From Escherichia coli (GTDB lineage Bacteria; Pseudomonadota; Gammaproteobacteria; Enterobacterales; Enterobacteriaceae), in the NCBI RefSeq assembly GCF_003991155.1, contig NZ_CP031293.1: a stretch of 64,000 bases of DNA; one strand, written 5' to 3'. Numbering within the stretch: the stretch's first letter is position 1; each line of letters opens with the position of its first letter. Under the pieces are notes generated by a model, which worked only from the letters and a program-made list of their open reading frames with translations, had not been told where the DNA came from and did not search any database. The position numbers and the translations under genes are program-made. Of the stretch, positions 49,493 through 64,000 are shown piece by piece.

Positions 49493-49556
49493 AAAAACCC
49501 CCACATCATGTGGGGGAAGACAGGGATGGTGTCTATGGCAAGGAAAACAGGGTTTA
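49493..49556 (-). ncRNA. cpxQ: cpxP 3'UTR with intrinsic terminator; location of the 3'UTR-derived sRNA CpxQ
   Basis: On the minus strand, directly after the cpxP stop, a hairpin cccccacatgatgtggggg is followed by a U-run; placement matches the described CpxQ sRNA processed from the cpxP mRNA 3' end. Confidence 0.55.
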
Positions 49557-50057
49557 CTACTGGGAACGTGAGTTGCTACTACTCAATAGCTTCAACGATG
49601 AACTTTTTTGCCATTGCGTCACGTCACGCAACTGCTCCATTCGTTGTTGATGTTTCTCATTTAAAACCGCTTGCTGCTCCGGCGTTAACAGGCGATACAT
49701 TTGGTTGCGGACTTTTGCCATCTCAACCTGACGAGCAATTTGCTCATTCGCCATTTTTTCTGCCTGTGCGCGCACAGCGTTTTCATCAAAATTTTCTGCG
49801 GTGACAAGGCGATGCATTGTCTCCAGTTCGCTAACATTAACAGGAGGCTGTTCGTGCCGGGCCTGTTGCATAAGATCTCGCATCTGCTGACGCTGATGTT
49901 CGGTTAAACTTATGCCGTCGAACATATGGCTCTGCGTACTGCGCTGCGTAAGTTCTTCACCCGGATGCCAGTTATCGCCTGAACCGACTTCAGCAGCGTG
50001 GCTTAATGAACTGACTGCCAGCGTTGAGGCCATGACGGCAGCGGTAACTATGCGCAT
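49557..50057 (-). CDS. cpxP: Periplasmic Cpx-pathway adaptor/inhibitor CpxP
   Basis: 166 aa from [21 protein letters not shown]; two LTxxQ motifs. Confidence 0.94.
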
Positions 50058-50134
50058 CATTTGCTCCCAAAATCTTTCTGTCGCGATTCAACGATAGAGA
50101 GTTTACGATTCAGGCTGCAAACATGCGTCAGGGG

Positions 50135-50153
50135 GTGTAAAACAACGTAAAGT
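50135..50153. promoter_or_regulatory. CpxR-P binding box (GTAAA-N5-GTAAA) in the cpxP/cpxRA divergent promoter region
   Basis: gtaaaacaacgtaaa at 50137-50151 matches the CpxR consensus direct repeat. Confidence 0.7.
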
Positions 50154-50206
50154 CATGGATTAGCGACGTCTGATGACGTAATTTCTGCCTCGGAGGTATT
50201 TAAACA

Positions 50207-50905
50207 ATGAATAAAATCCTGTTAGTTGATGATGACCGAGAGCTGACTTCCCTATTAAAGGAGCTGCTCGAGATGGAAGGCTTCAACGTGATTGTTGCCC
50301 ACGATGGGGAACAGGCGCTTGATCTTCTGGACGACAGCATTGATTTACTTTTGCTTGATGTAATGATGCCGAAGAAAAATGGTATCGACACATTAAAAGC
50401 ACTTCGCCAGACACACCAGACGCCTGTCATTATGTTGACGGCGCGCGGCAGTGAACTTGATCGCGTTCTCGGCCTTGAGCTGGGCGCAGATGACTATCTC
50501 CCGAAACCGTTTAATGATCGTGAGCTGGTGGCACGTATTCGCGCGATCCTGCGCCGTTCGCACTGGAGCGAGCAACAGCAAAACAACGACAACGGTTCAC
50601 CAACGCTTGAAGTTGATGCCTTAGTGCTGAATCCAGGCCGTCAGGAAGCCAGCTTCGACGGGCAAACGCTGGAGTTAACCGGTACTGAGTTTACCCTGCT
50701 CTACTTACTGGCACAGCATCTGGGTCAAGTGGTTTCCCGTGAGCATTTAAGCCAGGAAGTGCTGGGCAAGCGCCTGACGCCTTTCGACCGCGCTATTGAT
50801 ATGCACATTTCCAACCTGCGTCGTAAACTGCCGGATCGTAAAGATGGTCATCCGTGGTTTAAAACCTTGCGTGGTCGCGGCTATTTGATGGTTTCTGCTT
50901 CATGA
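50207..50905 (+). CDS. cpxR: Two-component response regulator CpxR (OmpR family)
   Basis: 232 aa ORF starting MNKILLVDDDRELTSLLKELLEMEGF; receiver plus winged-helix domains. Confidence 0.96.
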   Translation: MNKILLVDDDRELTSLLKELLEMEGFNVIVAHDGEQALDLLDDSIDLLLLDVMMPKKNGIDTLKALRQTHQTPVIMLTARGSELDRVLGLELGADDYLPKPFNDRELVARIRAILRRSHWSEQQQNNDNGSPTLEVDALVLNPGRQEASFDGQTLELTGTEFTLLYLLAQHLGQVVSREHLSQEVLGKRLTPFDRAIDMHISNLRRKLPDRKDGHPWFKTLRGRGYLMVSAS

Positions 50906-52275
50906 TAGGCAGCTTAACCGCGCGCATCTTCGCCATATTCTGGCTGACGCTGGCGCTGGTGTTGATGTTGGTTTTGATGTTACCCAAGCTCGATTCACGC
51001 CAGATGACCGAGCTTCTGGATAGCGAACAGCGTCAGGGTCTGATGATTGAGCAGCATGTCGAAGCGGAGCTGGCGAACGATCCGCCCAATGATTTAATGT
51101 GGTGGCGGCGTCTGTTCCGGGCGATTGATAAGTGGGCACCGCCAGGACAGCGTTTGTTATTGGTGACCACCGAAGGCCGCGTGATCGGCGCTGAACGCAG
51201 CGAAATGCAGATCATTCGTAACTTTATTGGTCAGGCCGATAACGCCGATCATCCGCAGAAGAAAAAGTATGGCCGCGTGGAACTGGTCGGTCCGTTCTCC
51301 GTGCGTGATGGCGAAGATAATTACCAACTTTATCTGATTCGTCCGGCCAGCAGTTCTCAATCCGATTTCATTAACTTACTGTTTGACCGCCCGCTATTAC
51401 TGCTGATTGTCACCATGTTGGTCAGTACGCCGCTGCTGTTGTGGTTGGCCTGGAGTCTGGCAAAACCGGCGCGTAAGCTGAAAAACGCTGCCGATGAAGT
51501 TGCCCAGGGAAACTTACGCCAGCACCCGGAACTGGAAGCGGGGCCACAGGAATTCCTTGCCGCAGGTGCCAGTTTTAACCAGATGGTCACCGCGCTGGAG
51601 CGCATGATGACCTCTCAGCAGCGTCTGCTTTCTGATATCTCTCACGAGCTGCGCACCCCGCTGACGCGTCTACAACTGGGTACGGCGTTACTGCGCCGTC
51701 GTAGCGGTGAAAGCAAGGAACTGGAGCGTATTGAAACCGAAGCGCAACGTCTGGACAGCATGATTAACGACCTGTTGGTGATGTCACGTAATCAGCAAAA
51801 AAACGCGCTGGTTAGCGAGACCATCAAAGCCAATCAGTTGTGGAGTGAAGTGCTGGATAACGCGGCGTTCGAAGCCGAGCAGATGGGCAAGTCGTTGACG
51901 GTTAACTTCCCGCCTGGGCCGTGGCCGCTGTACGGCAATCCGAACGCCCTGGAAAGTGCGCTGGAAAACATTGTTCGAAATGCTCTGCGTTATTCCCATA
52001 CGAAGATTGAAGTGGGCTTTGCGGTAGATAAAGACGGTATCACCATTACGGTGGACGACGATGGTCCTGGCGTTAGCCCGGAAGATCGCGAACAGATTTT
52101 CCGTCCGTTCTATCGTACCGATGAAGCACGCGATCGTGAATCTGGCGGTACAGGTTTGGGGCTGGCGATTGTTGAAACCGCCATTCAGCAGCATCGTGGC
52201 TGGGTTAAAGCAGAAGACAGCCCGCTGGGTGGTTTACGGCTGGTGATTTGGTTGCCGCTGTATAAGCGGAGTTAA
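50902..52275 (+). CDS. cpxA: Sensor histidine kinase CpxA
   Basis: 457 aa; H-box SHELRTPLTR; overlaps the cpxR stop by 4 bp. Confidence 0.96.
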   Translation: MIGSLTARIFAIFWLTLALVLMLVLMLPKLDSRQMTELLDSEQRQGLMIEQHVEAELANDPPNDLMWWRRLFRAIDKWAPPGQRLLLVTTEGRVIGAERSEMQIIRNFIGQADNADHPQKKKYGRVELVGPFSVRDGEDNYQLYLIRPASSSQSDFINLLFDRPLLLLIVTMLVSTPLLLWLAWSLAKPARKLKNAADEVAQGNLRQHPELEAGPQEFLAAGASFNQMVTALERMMTSQQRLLSDISHELRTPLTRLQLGTALLRRRSGESKELERIETEAQRLDSMINDLLVMSRNQQKNALVSETIKANQLWSEVLDNAAFEAEQMGKSLTVNFPPGPWPLYGNPNALESALENIVRNALRYSHTKIEVGFAVDKDGITITVDDDGPGVSPEDREQIFRPFYRTDEARDRESGGTGLGLAIVETAIQQHRGWVKAEDSPLGGLRLVIWLPLYKRS

Positions 52276-52282
52276 ACTCCGC

Positions 52283-53560
<1,278 letters not shown>

Positions 53561-53589
53561 CAACAGCGCCTGACGGCGCTGTGTCTGGC

Positions 53590-53650
<61 letters not shown>

Positions 53651-53658
53651 TCCGGGGG

Positions 53659-54333
53659 TTATTTTCCCCACAACCGGCGGGAAAAATCTTCGATCTTGCC
53701 GCTCAGTCGGCGCTTTTGCATCGTCCGCGTCCAGCTTTTCGATAACCCGGCGGCGGAGAGTAAACGGTGATACTGATCGTCATCAAACGGCATATGCCAT
53801 GCGATGGCGGCAGCCTCCTGCACGGTCACATCACTGACACGGGAAACCAACTCCAGTGGCGCATCAGCAGATACCAACCCTGGTGCAATTACGCTATACA
53901 ACCACCCCACTTTACCCGTGTTTTGCATCAACTGCGCTATGTCGCTGATATCAAAATGGTAATTGAGTTTATAGCAAGGCGAGCGCGGCTGGCTGACCTG
54001 AATTAATGCCTCTCCCCAGCGGAAAATATCGCCCATATAAACATTACTTTCCGTCAGACCGTCGGTTGAGAGATTTTCACCAAACGCAGGCGCAACAAAC
54101 AACTCCGCCTGTTCCGGAAATTCCCGCGCCCAGTAGAGATAGTGCTCACGAGGATAATGACACAGCGCTCTGTCTGGCCCGCCGTGAACCATTTTCTCCG
54201 CCTGCTCGTCACCTTCCAGCCCCAGCTCCGTCAGCATCAACTCACCATCAACCTGGATTTTGGCAATTGCGCTGGGTTTGCCTTCGGGATAAGCCTGAAT
54301 CTTGCCTGTGTATACATCAACCGGATATCGCAT
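53659..54333 (-). CDS. yiiM: MOSC-domain protein YiiM (hydroxylaminopurine detoxification)
   Basis: 224 aa from MRYPVDVYTGKIQAYPEGKPSAIAKIQ; the track ORF is extended by 10 codons. Confidence 0.9.
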   Translation of the reverse strand: MRYPVDVYTGKIQAYPEGKPSAIAKIQVDGELMLTELGLEGDEQAEKMVHGGPDRALCHYPREHYLYWAREFPEQAELFVAPAFGENLSTDGLTESNVYMGDIFRWGEALIQVSQPRSPCYKLNYHFDISDIAQLMQNTGKVGWLYSVIAPGLVSADAPLELVSRVSDVTVQEAAAIAWHMPFDDDQYHRLLSAAGLSKSWTRTMQKRRLSGKIEDFSRRLWGK

Positions 54334-54481
54334 CTGTTCCCTCTCCACGAGAAATTTCCCCATTAGACCATATTTATTTTATGTCAGGCGTGCTGTTTTC
54401 GCGGTATGTATCCAGGCAGGAGCTCAATAGCAAACCGGACGAACGTTAGTTCATCCGGCTGTGGGGATTAAGGAAGCAGGT

Positions 54482-55465
54482 TTATTTCACCGTACCTAAA
54501 ATTTCGATTTTCGCCGCTCTGGCTTTGACTTTACGTGACCAGATAGAGGTAAGAATTGGCACCAGAATCGAAGTCACAATGACCGCCGTCGCGACCAGCG
54601 AAGTTGCTGCCGGAGCCATCGGTTTAAACGCAGGCACCATTTCTGCAATCAGCACAGGTGTCGCTACCGCGGCCCCTGCGGAACTGGAAGCGGCAATTCC
54701 GGCAGTGCCATCGCCACCGCCAATCAATTTATCAGCGATAATCAACGGAATACCGGTCACGATAATTACTGCCACACCCAACAGGATCCCCAGCAAACCT
54801 GTCTGGGCAATTACAGTCAAATCAATGGTATTGCCCAGCGCGAAGGCAAAGAATGGAATCAGCGTCTGCACCGCTTTGCTGAAAAATTCTCGTAATTCAG
54901 GGTCAAGGTTCCCAAGGGCAAAGCCCACCAGGAACGGTAATACTGCGCCGACGAAAACATGCGGTTCAAACGAGGCAATCCCGGCAGTGCCCAGAATAAT
55001 CATCGTCATGAGCGGCCCGGACTCCAATGACATCAACACAAATGCCCCAGCTTCTTCTTTTGTGCCGTACTGCTGCATGATGGAAGCGTAAAGTCCGCCG
55101 TTGGTCATATCCATCGCCGCCACCAGCGCCAGCGTTGAAAGTCCGGCAAAGAATCCAACTTCAACACCATGTTCCGGAATAATGCGCGAGGCAATTGCCG
55201 CAACCACCCACGCGACGGCAATTTTTGTTACCACCAGCGTACCGGATTTACGCAATACCGTTCCCGTCGCGCTTAATTTTATTGACGCCCCCATGCAAAA
55301 AAACCACACCGCCAGAATGGGCACCGTACCGGTAATCATCCCGTTGGTGAATGATCCAAAATATTTCCCCGCCCCCGGCGAGAAGGTGTGGCACAGTGCG
55401 CCAAGGAATAGCGGGACGAGCATCATCCCCCCCGGGATTTTCTCAATCGAGCGTTTTATCTGCAT
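54482..55465 (-). CDS. kdgT: 2-keto-3-deoxygluconate permease
   Basis: 327 aa polytopic membrane protein from [24 protein letters not shown]; the track ORF is extended by 14 codons. Confidence 0.92.
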
Positions 55466-55724
55466 TTCCATCACCTGTCGGCATATTTTTAAGGGCTGAT
55501 GCGTCATTCCTCAATGGAGCATCAGTGTTGATGGAAACGAAGATAGACATTCATTTGATCAATAAAAGTGATCAAAACCACATCAATTGAAACACTGTTT
55601 TATTTTTATCGGATCATTGTTTTTATTTTGAAATTGATCACAAAAAAACCACCGCCGTTGGCGATGGTTCATTTTTTAAGCTGCAATGCGACGTAAACGC
55701 CTCATTGCAGCAGGCGGCAAATGA

Positions 55725-56345
55725 TTATTTTTTCGCCGCGAAACGTGCCGCTGCTTCGTCCCAGTTCACCACGTTCCAGAACTCTTTGATGTAGTCCGGA
55801 CGGCGGTTCTGGAATTTCAGGTAGTAAGCATGTTCCCACACATCCAGGCCCACAATCGGGAAGCCGGAAGCGCCAGAAATAGCTTCACCCATCAGCGGGG
55901 AGTCCTGGTTAGCAGTAGAAACCACCGCCAGTTTATCGCCTTTCAGCACCAGCCATGCCCAGCCGGAACCAAAGCGGGAAGCTGCCGCTTTCTCAAATTC
56001 TGCTTTGAAGTTATCAACGGAGCCGAAGTCACGTTCGATAGCCGCTTTCAGGTCACCCTGCAGGGTGGTGCCTTTTTTCAGACCTTTCCAGAACAGGCTG
56101 TGGTTAGCGTGACCGCCAGCGTTGTTGCGCAGTACGGTTTTCTTGTCTGCTGGCAGCTGGTCCAGTTTGGTGATCAGCTCTTCAACCGGCAGGTTAGCGA
56201 ATTCTGGCAGGCTTTCCAGCGCCGCGTTGGCGTTGTTGACGTAGGTCTGATGGTGTTTGGTGTGGTGGATTTCCATGGTCTGCTTATCGAAGTGCGGTTC
56301 CAGGGCATCGTAAGCATACGGCAGGGATGGCAGGGTATAGCTCAT
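55725..56345 (-). CDS. sodA: Manganese superoxide dismutase
   Basis: 206 aa from [32 protein letters not shown]; Mn ligand region DVWEHAYY. Confidence 0.97.
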   Translation of the reverse strand: MSYTLPSLPYAYDALEPHFDKQTMEIHHTKHHQTYVNNANAALESLPEFANLPVEELITKLDQLPADKKTVLRNNAGGHANHSLFWKGLKKGTTLQGDLKAAIERDFGSVDNFKAEFEKAAASRFGSGWAWLVLKGDKLAVVSTANQDSPLMGEAISGASGFPIVGLDVWEHAYYLKFQNRRPDYIKEFWNVVNWDEAAARFAAKK

Positions 56346-56419
56346 ATTCATCTCCAGTATTGTCGGGCGGCCGATTGTTAATGCCGCGTAAGCAGTTGGT
56401 TCATTATAGTTAATTAAAT

Positions 56420-56443
56420 GATATTGAAAATGATTATCAATGC
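56420..56443. promoter_or_regulatory. Candidate Fur box in the sodA promoter region
   Basis: gatattgaaaatgattatcaatg resembles the Fur consensus GATAATGATAATCATTATC; about 75-100 bp upstream of the sodA start. Confidence 0.55.
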
Positions 56444-56629
56444 CGTACTTTTCGTAAGGGTATGGTTTTGCAGGAAAATGCCCAAGATGTGAAGCAAATC
56501 ACCCACTTAATGCCGTGATTGCCAGTAAATCGGCAGCGGCGGCAACAGGCGAAAGGTTAATCGACAGCACGATTTTTACACTCATCTCGTCGGAGATGTG
56601 ACGCGACGAAAAATGATGAGGATAAGAAG

Positions 56630-57664
56630 ATGAGTAACGCGATTACGATGGGGATATTTTGGCATTTGATCGGCGCGGCCAGTGCAGCCTGTTTTTACGC
56701 TCCGTTCAAAAAAGTAAAAAAATGGTCATGGGAAACCATGTGGTCAGTTGGTGGGATTGTTTCGTGGATTATTCTGCCGTGGGCCATCAGCGCCCTGTTA
56801 CTGCCGAATTTCTGGGCGTATTACAGCTCGTTTAGTCTCTCTACGCTGCTGCCTGTTTTTCTGTTCGGCGCTATGTGGGGGATCGGTAATATCAACTACG
56901 GCCTGACCATGCGTTATCTCGGCATGTCGATGGGAATTGGCATCGCCATTGGCATTACGTTGATTGTCGGTACGCTGATGACGCCAATTATCAACGGCAA
57001 TTTCGATGTTCTGATTAATACCGAAGGCGGACGCATGACGTTGCTCGGCGTTCTGGTGGCGCTGATTGGCGTAGGGATTGTGACTCGCGCCGGGCAGTTG
57101 AAAGAGCGCAAGATGGGCATTAAAGCCGAAGAGTTCAACCTGAAAAAAGGGCTGGTGCTGGCGGTGATGTGCGGCATTTTCTCTGCCGGGATGTCCTTTG
57201 CGATGAACGCCGCAAAACCGATGCATGAAGCAGCTGCCGCACTGGGCGTCGATCCACTGTATGTCGCTCTGCCAAGCTATGTTGTCATCATGGGCGGCGG
57301 CGCGATCATTAACCTCGGTTTCTGCTTCATTCGTCTGGCAAAAGTGAAGGATTTGTCGCTAAAAGCCGACTTCTCGCTGGCAAAACCGCTGATCATTCAC
57401 AATGTGTTACTCTCAGCACTGGGCGGGTTGATGTGGTATCTGCAATTCTTTTTCTATGCCTGGGGCCACGCGCGTATTCCGGCGCAGTATGACTACATCA
57501 GCTGGATGCTGCATATGAGCTTCTATGTATTGTGCGGCGGTATCGTCGGGCTGGTGCTGAAAGAGTGGAACAATGCAGGTCGCCGTCCGGTAACGGTGTT
57601 GAGCCTCGGTTGTGTGGTGATTATTGTCGCCGCCAACATCGTCGGCATGGGCATGGCGAATTAA
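56630..57664 (+). CDS. rhaT: L-rhamnose-proton symporter
   Basis: 344 aa polytopic membrane protein ORF starting [26 protein letters not shown]. Confidence 0.94.
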   Translation: MSNAITMGIFWHLIGAASAACFYAPFKKVKKWSWETMWSVGGIVSWIILPWAISALLLPNFWAYYSSFSLSTLLPVFLFGAMWGIGNINYGLTMRYLGMSMGIGIAIGITLIVGTLMTPIINGNFDVLINTEGGRMTLLGVLVALIGVGIVTRAGQLKERKMGIKAEEFNLKKGLVLAVMCGIFSAGMSFAMNAAKPMHEAAAALGVDPLYVALPSYVVIMGGGAIINLGFCFIRLAKVKDLSLKADFSLAKPLIIHNVLLSALGGLMWYLQFFFYAWGHARIPAQYDYISWMLHMSFYVLCGGIVGLVLKEWNNAGRRPVTVLSLGCVVIIVAANIVGMGMAN

Positions 57665-58509
57665 TCTTTCTGCGAATTGAGATGACGCCACTGGCTGGGC
57701 GTCATCCCGGTTTCCCGGGTAAACACCACCGAAAAATAGTTACTATCTTCAAAGCCACATTCGGTTGAAATATCACTGATTAACAGGCGGCTATGCTGGA
57801 GAAGATATTGCGCATGACACACTCTGACCTGCCGCAGATATTGATTGATGGTCATGCCAGTCTGCTGGCGAAATTGCTGACGCAAAACGCGCTCACTGCA
57901 CGATGCCTCATCACAAAAGTTATCCAGCGCAAAGGGACTTTTCAGGCTGGCCGCCAGCCGGGTAATCAGCTTATCCAGCAACGTTTCGCTGGATGTTGGC
58001 GGCAACGAATCACTGGTGTAACGATGGCGATTCAGCAACATCACCAACTGCCCGAACAGCAACTCAGCCATTTCGTTAGCAAACGGCACATGCTGACTAC
58101 TTTCATGTTCAAGCTGACCGATAATCTGCCGCGCCTGTGCCATCCCCATGCTACCTAAGCGCCAGTGTGGTTGCCCTGCGCTGGCGCTAAATCCCGGAAT
58201 CGCCCCCTGCCAGTCAAGATTCAGCTTCAGCCGCTCCGGGCAATAAATAATATTCTGCAAAACCAGATCGTTAACGGAAGCGTAGGAGTGTTTATCGTCA
58301 GCATGAATGTAAAAGAGATCGCCACGGGTAATGCGATAAGGGCGATCGTTGAGTACATGCAGACCATTACCGCGCCAGACAATCACCAGCTCACAAAAAT
58401 CATGTGTATGTTCGGCAAAGACATCTTGCGGATAACGGTCAGCCACAGCGACTGCCTGCTGGTCGCTGGCAAAAAAATCATCTTTGAGAAGTTTTAACTG
58501 ATGCGCCAC
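57661..58509 (-). CDS. rhaR: AraC-family transcriptional activator RhaR
   Basis: Stop at 57661 is firm; the start is ambiguous: a GTG start giving 282 aa ([13 protein letters not shown]) is used here, whereas the longest ORF extends to 58620 (319 aa). Confidence 0.8.
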   Translation of the reverse strand: MAHQLKLLKDDFFASDQQAVAVADRYPQDVFAEHTHDFCELVIVWRGNGLHVLNDRPYRITRGDLFYIHADDKHSYASVNDLVLQNIIYCPERLKLNLDWQGAIPGFSASAGQPHWRLGSMGMAQARQIIGQLEHESSQHVPFANEMAELLFGQLVMLLNRHRYTSDSLPPTSSETLLDKLITRLAASLKSPFALDNFCDEASCSERVLRQQFRQQTGMTINQYLRQVRVCHAQYLLQHSRLLISDISTECGFEDSNYFSVVFTRETGMTPSQWRHLNSQKD

Positions 58510-58582
58510 CGTGGCTACCTCGGCCAGAGAACGAAGTTGATTATTCGCAATATGGCGTACAAATACGTTGAGAAGATTCGCG

Positions 58583-59419
58583 TTATTGCAGAAAACCATC
58601 CCGTCCCTGACGAATATCACGCGGTGACCAGTTAAACTCTCGGCGAAAAAGCGTCGAAAAGTGGTTACTGTCGCTGAATCCGCAGCGATAGGCGATGTCA
58701 GTAACGCTGGCCTCGCTGTGGCGTAGCAGATGTCGGGCTTTCATCAGTCGCAGGCGGTTCAGGTAACGCTGAGGCGTCAGTCCCGTTTGCTGCTTAAGCT
58801 GCCGATGTAGCGTACGCAGTGAAAGAGAAAATTGATCCGCCACGGCATCCCAATTCACCTCATCGGCAAAATGGTCCTCCAGCCAGGCCAGAAGCAAGTT
58901 GAGACGTGATGCGCTGTTTTCCAGGTTCTCCTGCAAACTGCTTTTACGCAGCAAGAGCAGTAATTGCATAAACAAGATCTCGCGACTGGCGGTCGAGGGT
59001 AAATCATTTTCCCCTTCCTGCTGTTCCATCTGTGCAACCAGCTGTCGCACCTGCTGCAATACGCTGTGGTTAACGCGCCAGTGAGACGGATACTGCCCAT
59101 CCTGCTCTTGTGGCAGCAACTGATTCAGCCCGGCGAGAAACTGAAATCGATCCGGCGAGCGATACAGCACATTGGTCAGACACAGATTATCGGTATGTTC
59201 ATACAGATGCCGATCATGATCGCGTACGAAACAGACCGTTCCACCGGTGATGGTATAGGGCTGCCCATTAAACACATGAATACCCGTGCCATGTTCGACA
59301 ATCACAATTTCATGAAAATCATGATGATGTTCAGGAAAATCCGCCTGCGGGAGCCGGGGTTCTATCGCCACGGACGCGTTACCAGACGGAAAAAAATCCA
59401 CACTATGTAATACGGTCAT
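58583..59419 (-). CDS. rhaS: AraC-family transcriptional activator RhaS
   Basis: 278 aa ORF starting [39 protein letters not shown]; C-terminal AraC HTH. Confidence 0.94.
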   Translation of the reverse strand: MTVLHSVDFFPSGNASVAIEPRLPQADFPEHHHDFHEIVIVEHGTGIHVFNGQPYTITGGTVCFVRDHDRHLYEHTDNLCLTNVLYRSPDRFQFLAGLNQLLPQEQDGQYPSHWRVNHSVLQQVRQLVAQMEQQEGENDLPSTASREILFMQLLLLLRKSSLQENLENSASRLNLLLAWLEDHFADEVNWDAVADQFSLSLRTLHRQLKQQTGLTPQRYLNRLRLMKARHLLRHSEASVTDIAYRCGFSDSNHFSTLFRREFNWSPRDIRQGRDGFLQ

Positions 59420-62432
<3,013 letters not shown>

Positions 62433-62439
62433 ACACTGC

Positions 62440-62672
62440 CGGATGCGGCACAAGTGCCTTATCCGGCCTACGGGTCGGCAATAGTTGTAGGCCTGATAAG
62501 ACGCGACAGCGTCGCATCAGGCATTGATTGCCGGATGCGGCACGAGCGCCATATCCGGCCTACGGGTCGGCAATAGTTGTAGGCCTGATAAGACGCGACA
62601 GCGTCGCATCAGGCATTGATTGCCGGATGCGGCACGAGTGCCTTATCCGGCCTACAGATCGTACATCCGGCA
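62440..62672. repeat. Tandem REP/BIME array in the rhaA-rhaD spacer (about 98 bp unit repeated)
   Basis: Unit ccggatgcggcacNagNgccNtatccggcctacgggtcggcaatagttgtaggcctgataagacgcgacagcgtcgcatcaggcattgattg occurs twice in tandem with a third partial copy. Confidence 0.8.
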
Positions 62673-62708
62673 ACAGGCACGGACGTCCAATTAACAGGAA
62701 CACAGAAC

Positions 62709-63533
62709 ATGCAAAACATTACCCAGTCCTGGTTTGTCCAGGGAATGATCAAAGCCACCACCGACGCCTGGCTGAAAGGCTGGGACGAGCGCAATGGTGG
62801 TAACCTGACGCTGCGCCTGGATGACGCCGATATCGCGCCTTATCACGGCAACTTTCATGCACAACCGCGCTATATCCCGCTCAGCCAGCCCATGCCTTTA
62901 CTGGCAAATACACCGTTTATTGTCACCGGCTCCGGCAAATTCTTCCGTAACGTCCAGCTTGATCCTGCGGCTAACTTAGGCGTCGTAAAAGTCGACAGCG
63001 ACGGCGCGGGCTACCATATTCTCTGGGGGTTAACCAACGAAGCCGTCCCGACATCCGAACTTCCGGCTCACTTTCTCTCTCATTGCGAGCGCATTAAAGC
63101 CACCAACGGTAAAGATCGGGTGATCATGCACTGCCATGCCACCAACCTGATCGCCCTTACCTACGTACTGGAAAACGACACCGCGGTCTTCACTCGCCAA
63201 CTGTGGGAAGGCAGCACCGAATGTCTGGTAGTGTTCCCGGATGGCGTCGGCATTTTGCCGTGGATGGTGCCCGGCACGGACGAAATCGGCCAGGCGACCG
63301 CACAGGAAATGCAAAAACATTCGCTGGTGTTGTGGCCCTTCCACGGCGTCTTCGGCAGCGGTCCGACACTGGATGAAACATTCGGTTTAATCGACACCGC
63401 AGAAAAATCAGCACAAGTATTAGTGAAGGTTTATTCGATGGGCGGCATGAAACAGACCATCAGTCGTGAAGAGCTGATAGCACTCGGCCAGCGTTTCGGC
63501 GTTACACCACTTGCCAGTGCGCTGGCGCTGTAA
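62709..63533 (+). CDS. rhaD: Rhamnulose-1-phosphate aldolase
   Basis: 274 aa from [27 protein letters not shown]; the ORF-track start at 62616 runs back into the REP array and is an artefact. Confidence 0.95.
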   Translation: MQNITQSWFVQGMIKATTDAWLKGWDERNGGNLTLRLDDADIAPYHGNFHAQPRYIPLSQPMPLLANTPFIVTGSGKFFRNVQLDPAANLGVVKVDSDGAGYHILWGLTNEAVPTSELPAHFLSHCERIKATNGKDRVIMHCHATNLIALTYVLENDTAVFTRQLWEGSTECLVVFPDGVGILPWMVPGTDEIGQATAQEMQKHSLVLWPFHGVFGSGPTLDETFGLIDTAEKSAQVLVKVYSMGGMKQTISREELIALGQRFGVTPLASALAL

Positions 63534-63542
63534 GGAGCAAAT

Positions 63543-63857
63543 ATGATCCGCAAAGCCTTTGTCATGCAGGTTAACCCCGACGCCCACGAAGAGTATCAGC
63601 GTCGGCATAATCCCATCTGGCCGGAACTGGAAGCAGTGTTGAAATCTCACGGTGCACATAACTACGCCATTTACCTCGACAAAGCGCGTAATCTGCTGTT
63701 TGCCACGGTAGAGATTGAATCTGAAGAACGGTGGAATGCGGTAGCCAGTACTGATGTTTGCCAACGTTGGTGGAAATATATGACCGACGTTATGCCAGCT
63801 AACCCGGATAACAGCCCAGTCAGTAGCGAGCTGCATGAAGTGTTTTACCTGCCTTAA
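63543..63857 (+). CDS. rhaM: L-rhamnose mutarotase
   Basis: 104 aa ORF starting [41 protein letters not shown]. Confidence 0.94.
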   Translation: MIRKAFVMQVNPDAHEEYQRRHNPIWPELEAVLKSHGAHNYAIYLDKARNLLFATVEIESEERWNAVASTDVCQRWWKYMTDVMPANPDNSPVSSELHEVFYLP

Positions 63858-63863
63858 TGAGTT

Positions 63864-63890
63864 GCGGTGCCGGAAAATATCCAGCACCGC
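63864..63890. terminator. Bidirectional hairpin between rhaM and a convergent downstream gene
   Basis: gcggtgccggaaaatatccagcaccgc, 7 bp GC-rich stem. Confidence 0.55.
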
Positions 63891-63897
63891 GCCTTCA

Positions 63898-64000
63898 TCA
63901 GAAGAAGTATTTAAAGCGAACGCGTGCGCCGTAACGGTCATCAGTATCATCACCGTGTTTTTTATCACCGTCGCTATCCAGAATGGAGTAATACGTCCCG
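63898..64000 (-). CDS. 3' end of a convergent gene; C-terminus ...RYGARVRFKYFF suggests an outer-membrane beta-barrel protein (partial, start outside the window)
   Basis: Minus-strand frame ending at a TGA (63898-63900) translates to ...GTYYSILDSDGDKKHGDDTDDRYGARVRFKYFF*; a terminal aromatic residue with alternating pattern is typical of beta-barrel OMPs; only about 34 codons are visible. Confidence 0.4.
   Translation of the reverse strand, partial: GTYYSILDSDGDKKHGDDTDDRYGARVRFKYFF

Noticed and set aside
62440-62672. Possible CRISPR array, because of regularly spaced repeats
   Set aside because: The repeats are REP palindromes (ccggatgcgg...ccggcctac) arranged as a BIME with no unique spacers of CRISPR type and no cas genes nearby.
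62616-63533. 305 aa version of rhaD starting inside the REP array
   Set aside because: The upstream 31 codons translate the REP repeats; the conserved RhaD N-terminus MQNITQSW starts at 62709.

Overview
This 64 kb window is an Escherichia coli-type chromosomal segment, collinear in reverse-complement orientation with the K-12 region running from pflDC/frw through metF/metBL, hslVU, glpFKX, tpiA, pfkA, cpxRA, sodA and the rha genes. Gene identities were assigned by recognising the translated ORFs from memory, not by database search. Three stretches appear to be extra relative to K-12 gene order as I recall it. (1) A 1277 bp IS110-family insertion sequence (IS621-like) sits in a REP element between cpxA and yiiM; it encodes a 326 aa DEDD/Ser recombinase preceded by a ~180 nt structured non-coding leader whose loops carry near-copies of the flanking target and of the element's own right end, i.e. 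a bridge-RNA-guided recombinase. (2) A ~7.5 kb AT-rich cluster between metF and metL encodes three paralogous secreted 5'-nucleotidase-like metallophosphoesterases, a Tsx-like outer-membrane nucleoside channel and a Cys-rich protein of unknown function. (3) A ~1.4 kb AT-rich islet between rraA and zapB encodes two divergent paralogous membrane proteins. Several REP/BIME arrays, terminators and known operator sites (MetJ, CpxR, Fur, sigma32) are also visible. No CRISPR array, tRNA/rRNA gene or prophage integrase was seen.
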